Below are positions 26,506 through 37,964 of a stretch of DNA of 64,000 nt, piece after piece. The position numbers and the translations under genes were made by a program. Origin of the DNA: Octopus sinensis. Lineage: Eukaryota. The DNA is taken from positions 24,924,001 to 24,988,000 of the forward strand of contig NC_043005.1 of the NCBI RefSeq assembly GCF_006345805.1, written 5' to 3'. The notes beneath the pieces were generated by a model, which made no database searches, was not told where the DNA came from, and worked only from the letters and a program-made list of their open reading frames with translations. Position 1 is the stretch's first letter; each line of letters begins with the position of its first letter.

Positions 26506-26812
26506 TTGTTGTTTGTTCCTTCTCGAGCCATGCCTGGTTCATAAGGCCCAGTTTTCTGGTTTGCTTGGCATATAGGTTCCCCACCTGGACGGGACGCTGG
26601 TCCATCGCAGGTGAGCTACAAGATGCAGTAGGAAAGAGTGAGAGAAAGTTTTGGCGAAAGAGTCAGCAGAAGTTCGCTATTACCTTCTGCTGGTGTCATG
26701 TGGAGCTTCGGTGTTTCACTCATCAACACACACATCGCCCAGTTTGAGATTCGAACTTGCGATCCCTTGACCACGAGTCCGCTGCTCTAACCACTAGGCC
26801 ATGTGCCTCCAC
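26506..26812 (-). mobile_element. tRNA-derived SINE with a V-domain-like box
   Basis: Minus-strand head tggcctagtggttagagc...gttcgaatc, ctgcgatggaccagcgtcccgtccagg box, (AAC)n-like tail; TSD agtcttgcaa at 26496-26505 and 26813-26822. Confidence 0.75.
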
Positions 26813-26821
26813 AGTCTTGCA

Positions 26822-26859
<38 letters not shown>

Positions 26860-26989
26860 CACCGTGACCGACCAGGTTATCAGATGTTGCCACACATCGC
26901 TGGTCACAATGCGCTTTGCATTGTTTTAGCCTTCAAATGACGCCACCCTGCTGGCTAAGCGAACAGGCCTATATATATGTATATATATT

Positions 26990-29153
26990 AGCTACGCATG
27001 GGGTAGAAGACAACTGGACGCTTCTGAGGGACAACCTGCTGAAAGCCGCTGACCAGATCTGTGGCTGGTGCAAAGTCCCCTTAAGACCCAAAATAACGTG
27101 GTGGTGGAACAATATTGTTGACAGGGCTATTAGACAAAAGAAACAGGCTTGGAAGGCCTGGAAGAACGGTGGTAGCAGGGAAGTGTATCAGTCTGCCAGA
27201 AGGGAAGCCAGGAGACAGGTCTATCTAGCCAGAGGGGAGGCAGATAAGGAAAAATTTGCCAATGTCCTGCGTCGTGAGGATGAAAGACTTGAGGTATTTC
27301 GTGTTGCAAGACAGTGTGTGAGAGAGAATCGTGACGTGGTAGGAGAGAAATGTGTTCGCAAGGATGACGGTTTACTTGCGCTTAATGAGGATGCAAAGAG
27401 AGAGGCTTGGAGACGCCACTATGATAGGTTGCTGAATGAAGAAAATGAATGGGATAAAGAGAGTCTGCCGAATGTCGACCCAACAGAGGGACCAGCAATC
27501 CGAGTTAACAGTTCCTTAGTAGATAAGGCAATTAGAAGCATGAAAACAGGGAAAGCCCCAGGCCCATCAGGAATTACTGCAGAGATGCTCAAAATATCTG
27601 GTGGTGTCGGCTATAGCTTAGTCACCCGTATAGTTAACCAGGTGATACACGAGGGGGTCATACCCAATGACTGGTGTAGCAGCATAATAGTCAACTGCTA
27701 CAAAGGTAAAGGCGACGCCCTAGAGACAAATAACTACAGGGGCATCAAGCTGCTGGATCAGGCAATGAAGGTTACGGAGAGGGTTATAGCCCAACTAATT
27801 AGAGAGAGAGTTAGCTTAGATGATATGCAGTTTGGGTTCGTGCCAGGAAAAGTACTACTGATGCTATATTCCTGGTAAGACAGCTGCAGGAGAAATACCT
27901 AGCCAAAGATAAGCCCTTGTACCTGGCTTTTGTTGACTTGGAGAAAGCCTTTGACAGGGTCCCCCGATCCCTTATCTGGTGGTCAATGAGGAAACTAGGG
28001 ATAGATGAATGGTTGGTGAGAGCTGTGCAAGCCATGTACAGAGACGCTGCTAGTAAGGTGAGGGTTGGCAACGAGTACAGTGAAGAATTCCGGGTAGAGG
28101 TTGGGGTCCACCAAGGTTCAGTCCTCAGTCCCCTCCTATTTATCATAGTCCTCCAGGCAATAACGGAGGAATTCAAGACAGGTTGCCCCTGGGAGCTCCT
28201 CTATGCTGATGACCTTGCTCTAATGGCTGAGTCACTATCAGAACTGGAGGAGAAGTTTCAGGTGTGGAAACAAGGATTAGAATCGAAGGGCCTTAGAATC
28301 AACCTAGCCAAAACCAAAGTCCTAATAAGTAGGAAGGTAGATCAATCACAAACGCCTTCAGGTAGATGGCCCTGCTCGATCTGTAAAAAAGGTGTAGGTA
28401 GAAACTCTATAAGATGCACCAAGTGTAAGCTATGGACACATAAGAGGTGCAGCAATGTCAAAGGAAGGCTAACTAGGAAAATAGTTTTTGTCTGTGGCAA
28501 ATGCTCAGGAGCAATAAACACTGGAAATGTGCAGAGACCAACTTCTGCCACGTTCCAGGGAGACAAACTAGAAGTAGTTGATAGCTTCCGCTACCTAGGA
28601 GACCAAGTCAGTAGCGGGGGTGGGTGTGCTGAAAGTGTAACTGCTAGAGTAAGAATAGCCTGGGCAAAGTTTAGAGAGCTCTTACCCCTGCTGGTGACAA
28701 AAGGCCTCTCGCTCAGAGTAAAAGGCAGACTGTATGATGCATGTGTACGTACAGCCATGCTACATGGTAGTGAAACATGGGCCGTGACTGCTGAGGATAT
28801 GCGTAAGCTCGCAAGAAATGAAGCCAGTATGCTCCGATGGATGTGTAATGTCAGTGTTCATAATCGTCAGAGTGTAAGTTCCTTGAGAGAAAAGTTGAAC
28901 CTAAGAAGCGTCAGTTGTGGTGTGCAAGAGAGACGGCTGCGCTGGTATGGTCATGTGACGAGAAAGGCTGAAGATAGTTGTGTGCAAAAGTGCTACCCTA
29001 GCAGTTAAGGGAACCTGTGGAAGAGGTAGACCCAGGAAAACCTGGGACGAGGTGGTGAAGCACGACCTTCGAACTTTAGGTCTCACTAAGGAAATGTCTA
29101 GGGACCGAGACCTATGGAAGTATGCTGTGCGTGAGAAGACCCGGCAAGACTAG
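26990..29153 (+). pseudogene. 5'-truncated RTE-clade LINE ORF (reverse transcriptase), frameshifted
   Basis: KAPGPSG, NYRGIKLL, QFGF, FVDLEKAFDRV, GVHQGSVLSP, LYADDL, FRYLG and GRGRPRKTW motifs. Frameshifts near 27850 and 28995; inferred native stop TAG at 29151-29153. Confidence 0.95.
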
Positions 29154-32100
29154 TCAGGCCATAACCCGTGGCCCCTACCTGGGACGTAGTCAGTCCTCCT
29201 GTGCATACCTTCCTTCTTGTGACACTTATGAAGACCTGTTGAGGCAAGTGAAAATTCAAATCAAAACAAATCAAAATAGATGAACATCAGTGGAATTGTA
29301 TTCTTTGTGGTACCAGTGCCGGTGGCACACAAGAAAACCACCCGAACGTGGCCGTAGCCAGTACCGCATCGACTGGCCTCCGTGCTGTGGGCACAACAAA
29401 CACCATCCGATCGTGGCCGTTCGCCAGCCTCATCTGGCACCTGTGTCGGTGGCACATAAAGACACCATCCGAAGACCCGGCGACGTAGTCAGTCCACCTG
29501 TGCATACCTTCCCTCTTATGACACTTGTGAAGACCTGTTGAGGAAAGTGTGTGACACTTGTGAAGACCTGTTGAGGCAGAGGCAAGTGTGTGACACTTTG
29601 TGAAGACCTGTTGAGGCAGAGGCAAGTGTGTGACACTTGTGGAGACCTGTTGAGGCAAGTGTGTGACACTGTGAAGACCTGTTGAGGCAAGTGAAAAATC
29701 AAACCAAATCAAAATAGATGAACATCAATGGAATTTGTATCTTTGTGGTTCCAGTACCGGTGGCACACAAGAAAACCATCCGAACGTGGCCGTAGCCAGT
29801 ACCGCATCGACTGGCTTCCGTGCTGTGGGCACAACAAACACCATCTGATCGTGGCCGTTCGCCAGCCTCATCTGGCACCTGTGTCGGTGGCACATAAAAA
29901 CACCATCCGAAGACCCGGCGACGTAGTCAGTCCACCTGTGCATACCTTCCCTCTTCTGACACTTGTGAAGACCTGTTGAGGAAAGTGTGTGACACTTGTG
30001 AAGACCTGTTGAGGCAGAGGCAAGTGTGTGACACTTTGTGAAGACCTGTTGAGGCAGAGGCAAGTGTGTGACACTTGTGGAGACCTGTTGAGGCAAGTGT
30101 GTGACACTTGTGAAGACCTGTTGAGGCAAGTGAAAATCAAACCAAATCAAAATAGATGAACATCAATGGAATTTGTATATTTGTGGTACCAGTACTGGTG
30201 GCACACAAGAAAACCATCCGAACGTGGCCGTAGCCAGTACCGCATCGACTGGCCTCCGTGCTGTGGGCACAACAAACACCATCTGATCGTGGCCGTTCGC
30301 CAGCCTCATCTGGCACCTGTGTCGGTGGCACATAAAAACACCATCCGAAGACCCGGCGACGTAGTCGGTCCACCTGTGCATACCTTCCTACTTATGACAC
30401 TTGTGAAGACCTGTTGAGGCAAGTGTGTGTGACACTTGTGTAGACCTGTTGAGGCAAGTGAAAATCAAATCAAATCAAAATAGATGAACATCAGTGGAAT
30501 TGTATTCTTTGTGGTACCAGTGCCGGTGGCACACAAGAAAACCACCCAAACGTGGCCGTAGCCAGTACCGCATCGACTGGCCTCCGTGCTGTGGGCACAA
30601 CAAACACCATCCGATCGTGGCCGTTCGCCAGCCTCATCTGGCACCTGTGTCGGTGGCACATAAAGACACCATCCGAAGACCCGGCGACGTAGTCAGTCCA
30701 CCTGTGCATACCTTCCCTCTTATGACACTTGTGAAGACCTGTTGAGGAAAGTGTGTGACACTTGTGAAGACCTGTTGAGGCAGAGGCAAGTGTGTGACAC
30801 TTTGTGAAGACCTGTTGAGGCAGAGGCAAGTGTGTGACACTTGTGGAGACCTGTTGAGGCAAGTGTGTGACACTTGTGAAGACCTGTTGAGGCAAGTGAA
30901 AAATCAAACCAAATCAAAATAGATGAACATCAATGGAATTTGTATCTTTGTGGTTCCAGTACCGGTGGCACACAAGAAAACCATCCGAACGTGGCCGTAG
31001 CCAGTACCGCATCGACTGGCTTCCGTGCTGTGGGCACAACAAACACCATCTGATCGTGGCCGTTCGCCAGCCTCATCTGGCACCTGTGTCGGTGGCACAT
31101 AAAAACACCATCCGAAGACCCGGCGACGTAGTCAGTCCACCTGTGCATACCTTCCTCTTCTGACACTTGTGAAGACCTGTTGAGGCAAGTGTGTGTGACA
31201 CTTTGTGAAGACTGTTGAGGCAGAGGCAAGTGTGTGACACTTGTGAAGACCTGTTGAGGCAGAGGCAAGTGTGTGACACTTGTGGAGACCTGTTGAGGCA
31301 AGTGTGTGACACTTGTGAAGACCTGTTGAGGCAAGTGAAAATCAAACCAAATCAAAATAGATGAACATCAATGGAATTTGTATATTTGTGGTACCAGTAC
31401 TGGTGGCACACAAGAAAACCATCCGAACGTGGCCGTAGCCAGTACCGCATCGACTGGCCTCCGTGCTGTGGGCACAACAAACACCATCTGATCGTGGCCG
31501 TTCGCCAGCCTCATCTGGCACCTGTGTCGGTGGCACATAAAAACACCATCCGAAGACCCGGCGACGTAGTCGGTCCACCTGTGCATACCTTCCTACTTAT
31601 GACACTTGTGAAGACCTGTTGAGGCAAGTGTGTGACACTTGTGTAGACCTGTTGAGGCAAGTGAAAATCAAATCAAATCAAAATAGATGAACATCAATGG
31701 AATTTGTATCTTTGTGGTACCAGTGCCGGTGGCACACAAGAAAACCATCCGAACGTGGCCGTAGCCAGTACCGCATCGACTGGCCTCTGTGATGTGGGCA
31801 CATAACAAACACCATCCGATCGTGGCCGTTCGCCTGCCTCATCTGGCACCTGTGTCGGTGGCACATAAAAACACCAACCGAAGACCCGGCAAGACTAGTC
31901 AGGCCATAACCCGTGGCCCCTACCTGGGACGTAGTCAGTCCACCTGTGCATACCTTCCTTCCTTCTTGTGACACTTGTGAAGACCTGTGAAGACCTGTTG
32001 AGGCAAGTGAAAATCAAGTCAAATCAAATCAAAATAGATGAACATCAATGGAATTTGTATCTTTGTGGTACCAGTGCCGGTGGCACACAAGAAAACCATC

Positions 32101-32866
32101 CGAACGTGGCCGTAGCCAGTACCGCATCGACTGGCCTCCGTGCTGTGGGCACGTAACAAACACCATCCGATCGTGGCCGTTCGCCAGCCTCATCTGGCAC
32201 CTGTGTCGGTGGCACATAAAAACACCATCCGAAGACCCGGCAAGACTAGTCAGGCCATAACCCGTGGCCCCTACCTGGGACGTAGTCAGTCCACCTGTGC
32301 ATACCTTCCTTCTTGTGACACTTGTGAAGACCTGTTGAGGCAAGTGAAAATCAAATCAAAACAAATCAAAATAGATGAACATCAATGGAATTTGTATCTT
32401 TGTGGTACCCGTGCCGGTGGCACACAAGAAAATCATCCGAACGTGGCCGTAGCCAGTACCGCATAGACTGGCCTCCGTGCTTTGGGGACGTAACAAACAC
32501 CATCCGATCGTGGCCGTCCGCCAGCCTCATCTGGCACCTGTGTCGGTGGCACATAAAAAACCATCCGAGCGTGGCCGTCTGCCAGCCTCGTCTGGCACCT
32601 GTGTCGGTGGCACTGGCACATAAAAACACCATCCGAGCGTGGCCGTTCGCCAGCCTCGTCTGGCACCTGTGTCGGTGGCACATAAAATCACCCACTACAC
32701 TCTCGGAGTGGTTGGCGTTAGGAAGGGCATCCAGCTGTAGAAACACTGCCAGATCTGACTGGCCTGGTGCAGCCTTCGGGCTCCCCAGACCCCAGTTGAA
32801 CCGTCCAACCCATGCTAGCATGGAAAACGGACGCTAAATGATGATGATGATGATGATGATGATGAT
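29137..32866 (+). repeat. Tandemly expanded 3' end of the RTE LINE (9 units, higher-order), ending in a (GAT)n tail
   Basis: Marker aaaatagatgaacatca at ~29273, 29711, 30149, 30477, 30916, 31354, 31680, 32031, 32368. Confidence 0.95.
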
Positions 32867-33254
32867 ATATATATATATAAAAAGAGGTCTGTATGATTGT
32901 GTATAGAGGGATATATATTATTCAAAGAAATTCCAACTCTGTCTGTTTTTTATGTTTTATTTATATTCTTTATAATTTTAATGTAGAATATAGAATATAT
33001 AGAATAAATATTATATATATAATAAAATGAAATGAAGTATTGATTGTCTTATTGAATAGATGAAATATTGAAAATGAAATATTAAGGGACTAGTATACTT
33101 TCCTGCATTATAGCAGTCTTCAAGGTCCTAGGTTGTGACAGGAGTGTTTCAACTGTGTATATATATACTTACATACACACACACACACATTGTTCTTATA
33201 TTAGAATGGTGTTGACATCCACTTTGAAGTTTTGGCCTGCTAAACCATCATTGG

Positions 33255-33298
33255 GCAGACTGACGATGGCTTCACTGACCGAAACTTCGAAGGCACTG
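33255..33298 (+). ncRNA. Decayed minimal hammerhead-like motif
   Basis: CTGACGA 33260-66, weak stem II, GAAA 33281-84, palindromic CTTCGAAG, then GC where UH is required. Confidence 0.35.
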
Positions 33299-36036
33299 AC
33301 GACAACAGTCATGTATAAGAATGCTAAATTTGTGCTCTACAAAAATATAGAGCAACCCATCAGATTAATGTAGAATTGTCTTTGTTATAATTTAACACGA
33401 AGACTAGCATTAATACGCACACACACACACACACACACACACGTTTGAACGTTGTGAAGTATAGTGAATTAACAGAATCAATAGAGCAGCATTGATAATA
33501 TTTTATTCTGTGGTATTTCAGCATTGTCGGTGCCACCAAAATAAGTAGCAGCCATTTCCCTCTCGCTGTATTTATGGCTTTTTGTCTGCGTAAAAGCAGC
33601 ATTAGAAAAATATATGTTATTCTATAAATGGCGACTTCATTACTGATTAAAACAATGCATCATTCATATATAATGAATTTATTGCTCCGAAAACTGGCAT
33701 TCTGTATATTCTTCTTTATAACCAGTTCTAGTTATTTGTTTGCATTTTACTCTCAATACAAATGATAATATTAATTACAACAACAGCAATAACAGGAATG
33801 GCGGCTCTTTTTGTTATGCGCTTGTTATTGTGTTTGCTGATTCAGATGCTTTCATCAGTTCTGCATAAAATGATGGAAAGTTCATTTCAGGTGATTTGGC
33901 TGCTTTATTGCGCAGGCCTGCACCGAACATTCTTTGTCAAGATCTGAAAACAATGGCGACAAGTTTATCTTTTTTTTTTTTTAAATAAAAAAATGAAACG
34001 GTAAAGTATGATGGAGATAGGTGGTATAGTAAATTATGCACAATGCCAAAATATTGAGGGGAGGGGCACTAGACGACTCCATCGATCTTGCCTACTACTT
34101 CGATTTATCAACCCCGGAGGGCTAAAATGCTGTCCGTTGGAACATCCTTTCTGGTACGTCTTTCTCCCAGCATGCATGAAGCAACGGAAGTTGGAGGACC
34201 TTAATTTATATACACGGCCGGAGATTTTGGAGAGATGAATAAGGGATCGAGATATAGTACCAGTCATGTGGTCATGTCGATTAAATCAACCCCCAGTACA
34301 CGATCTCATAGTATAAAGGTCTCTATTACTTGTCCAGTTTCCTACAAAATCGCTGACTACCATGTCCTTCAAATTCTGTGGTAGTTTTGTCTCGCCGTTT
34401 TGTCTTCTAAACCAGCTGTTGTCCATAAATTCGTTGCCCAGTTTGTTTCGCTCATTGTAACTGAGCTTCAACATGCCAGATGCATTCATCTTTAGAAAAG
34501 ATTGTAACAACTTTACCAGAAGATTCTTTGCAGAATCTTTTAGTCAAGAACAGAAATATTTGCTGACGAAGAATCATTATCTTGCGCTCATTGTGTCTCC
34601 AATGACCTGTTATCTATAATGAAATGCAATAGAATGCCCCAAATCAATGGAAACGTACAACAAAGTGCAACAGAAGATACGAAGATACATACTGACATCC
34701 AACCTGTATCAAACAAGCTTTGCAATTCTATTGGCATACCAGGACGAGTCGTGTTCGTGACAGTGGATGCTTTCCATCTATTTTGGGACAATCCAGACAG
34801 ATTTTCTTGAACACTAGCGATTTCTCTACTCGTGACATAAGTATCATCATAATATTGTGTAGTATCTAAAATGTCAAAAATGTAGAATGTGAGAGAGGTT
34901 CAGTTTTCAAAATGGCCTTTGGTTTATCCACAATTAAAGCGAAAGAATCTGATTGAGACAATTACTGAGCTATTTCTTTGATTACTGATGACATAATTGA
35001 AGAAAACCTGTTCTGAGTACTGTGGTGCATTTTGGAGCCTCTCCATTATCCGTTCCCTGAGTATGGAGTGATGTGTCGATATCAGGTCCATTATTTCTTG
35101 TACATAGCATTACTCTTGTTCACGTTCTCTTTGGGAAATCTGTTGCTGTGCCGTTAATCGTAAAAGCGAGCAGTAGTCAAAATAGAGATCGACAGTGCCT
35201 TATTTCATATAAGCTTCGTTGGACATGAAATTTCAATCGCTGGTGGAAAGCCAAAGAATGTTTTTGCTCATCAGCGTTCTTCTAATCGAGAAAGCATGTC
35301 TTGAACGCATGCTCATATACACTCTTTCATTTGAGCTGAGAATGTCGACAACATCTGATATTCCATTTTCTGTCCATAATTGTGATTCATAAAACTCTGA
35401 ATTGAAACTTAGATAAATTAGACCAAATGTTAACGAAAATTTTATGAGTTGTAGTTAAGAAGTTCCATGGTTTTGACCGTTGCTAATGTCTACAGAATAA
35501 GGACCCTGTATTTGTTGAATCACAGCTATTTTGGTATCACCATTTTCTGCACTGAAGGGAGTCTTTTCAAGTGAAAAGCTTTCCGTTTCTTAATCACAGT
35601 TCACTTTAGCTAATTACTATTCGATGAATGTCACGGTTCGATGACTTATTATTTCTTGCCTCATTTAAATCAGTTGAGTCAAATCCGTTGGGCCCAAAAT
35701 TTCAACAAAATCTTCACATTCTGCAGAAACTTTCACTTTGAAGAAATTTCAGTTTGAAAAACGTTCAGTATCTCTCCTTGTGGCAGCTTACCTCTTTCTA
35801 ATGAAGTGTCGTTTTTCCTGGATCAGTAAAAGAAAATCCAGTTTTCTTTTAATAGAAGTCTTTGTGTAAAGATTCAGAAAATATCTGTTAACACAGCTGC
35901 TTCAGATACTTACCTATCATCACTAAAATAACAAGCATTGTTATTTCATTTCATTATTAAACAAATATTGCTTTCACAACGAAGTAATTCTGTTTTCTTA
36001 TTTAAAAGTAAAAATAAAACTTTGCCAACAGTAGCA

Positions 36037-36118
36037 GTCGTCGTAGCAGAGTGGTTAAGGCTATGAACTAGAAATCAATTAAGGTCTTTCTGCATAGGTT
36101 CGAATCCGATCAGTGATG
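36037..36118 (+). tRNA. tRNA-Ser(AGA)-like pseudogene
   Basis: 82 nt, AGTGGTTAAGG D-loop, CT-AGA-AA anticodon loop (AGA 36070-72), long variable arm, GGTTCGAATCC. Two mismatches in the anticodon stem and one each in the T and acceptor stems. Confidence 0.75.
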
Positions 36119-36155
36119 TTCGTTATATTTTAAATGGCTGTGCCCCGCACCTATA

Positions 36156-36568
36156 ATGGATCTTTTCAGTTTGAACGGCAGTTTTTCTAGCGGTGTCATA
36201 TGAAATTGTCACCCATAATTTTGACCCTAGTATCGATCTATTGCATTTCAATCTGTTTTAGGGTTAAGGGTGGGGGAAGGGTATCTTTTTTTCTTCAGAA
36301 ATGTAAATAAACCCAATCTGTTTCTTAAACGAGGGACATATTCATACGGCACAGAATGTGTTCACCTCAATAGACGTCATTGATTGGTTGAAATTGCAGA
36401 AATTGAAGAAAAAACCCAACAAATATCTTACAAACCATAGAATTTTCTCAATAAAGCCAAGAGAAAAAGATGTTTTATAAACACATTCTACCAGTATACG
36501 AAGTTTAAAAGTGTTTAGTTACGTGGAAATTATTTTAAAAAACTGCCGTTCAAACCGAAAAGATCCGC
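36156..36568. mobile_element. MITE with ~29-bp TIRs
   Basis: ggatcttttcagtttgaacggcagttttt (36158-36186) / aaaaactgccgttcaaaccgaaaagatcc (36538-36566); TATA flanks. Confidence 0.8.
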
Positions 36569-37025
36569 TATAATTTTTAATAGCAATTATTTATCAATTC
36601 CAAACAATTGAGTCTGTTCACCCCCATCGCGAAAAAATACAATAACGAATGCCTAACGCTAACGAGTCTTCCTATTTTGTTTCGCATAATTTTACACAGG
36701 AGAGCTTCATATCACTTCCGATACTTTTAATGCCGAATGAAAACCCTTTAAGCGGCTTCATGCGTTGCACTTATCGACAATTTCATCTGAATCCGAGATG
36801 CGAGGGGGAAAAAAAAAACAAAAACAACATAAAATCTAATTGCAAATTAAAATAAACTTTCAATAAAAATCAATTAGTGTGAAGGTAAACATTGTAGTAA
36901 AACAAATTGTATTTTTCCGTTATCGGAAATCAAGTGGCGGGAGGGAGTCACCGAGGCAGTTCTACAATCCCTTGAAACTAAAATTGAAACAGGAAATGTG
37001 TCACTATTTTAATATGACAGAACTG

Positions 37026-37620
37026 GAGGCGGCGAACTGGTAGAAACATTAGTGCGCCGGGCAAAATGCTTACCGGAATTTCGCCTGCCGCTACGTTCTG
37101 AGTTCAAATTCCGCCGAGGTCGACTTTGCCTTTCATCCTTTCGGGGTCAATTAAATAGATACCAATTACGCACTGGAGTCGATCTAATCGACTTAATCCG
37201 TTTTTCTGTCCTTGTTTGTCCTCTCTGTGTTTAGCCCCTTGTGGGTAGTAAAGAAGTAGGTATTTCGTCTGCCGCTACGTTCTGAGTTCAAATTCCGCCG
37301 AGGTCGACTTTGCCTTTCATCCTTTCGGGGTCAATTAAATAGATACCAATTACGCACTGGAGTCGATCTAATCGACTTAATCCGTTTTTCTGTCCTTGTT
37401 TGTCCTCTCTGTGTTTAGCCCCTTGTGGGTAGTAAAGAAATAGGTATTTCGTCTGCCGTTACGTTCTGAGTTCAAATTCCGCCGAGGTTGACTTTGCCTT
37501 TCATTTCGGGGTCGATCAAATAAGTACCAGTTACGCACTGGGGTTGATATAATCGACTTAATCCCTTTGTCCTTGTTTGTCTCCTCTATGTTTAGCCCCT
37601 TGTGGGCAATAAAGAAATTA
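37026..37620 (+). mobile_element. SINE family B: one head plus three tandem bodies (184-bp period)
   Basis: tcg(c/t)ctgccg at 37081, 37265, 37449. Confidence 0.9.
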
Positions 37621-37654
37621 ATACGACAGAATTGTTCCGGACGCTTAATATTTT

Positions 37655-37865
37655 TTTCTACTCCAGGAACAAGGCCCGAAATTTTTGGGGAGGAGGTTAG
37701 TCGATTAGATCGACCTTAGTACGCAACTGGTATTTAATTCATCGACCCCGAAAGGGTAAAAGGCAAAGTCAGCATCGGCAGAATTTGAACTCAGAACGTA
37801 AAGACAGACTAAACACCACTATGCATTTACACCTACTTGCTAACATTTCTGTAAGCTCCCAACGC
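37655..37865 (-). mobile_element. SINE family B
   Basis: Inverted copy next to the trimer. Confidence 0.75.
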
Positions 37866-37964
37866 CTTATAAAAATTATTATTGGATTTGAAATTTGGGG
37901 TTTGTGTTTTTAAAAATACTTTAGTCTTTTACGCTTTCTAGCCCAAAGGTTGTAGCCATGCCTT

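Noticed and set aside
29230-29260. CTGTTGAG...GAAA in the LINE array as a hammerhead
   Set aside because: The core is CUGUUGA, not CUGANGA, and there is no stem II or III geometry.
29500-31700. CRISPR-like 31-39-bp hairpin repeats
   Set aside because: Repeats are directly adjacent with no spacers, and they lie in a LINE 3' UTR.
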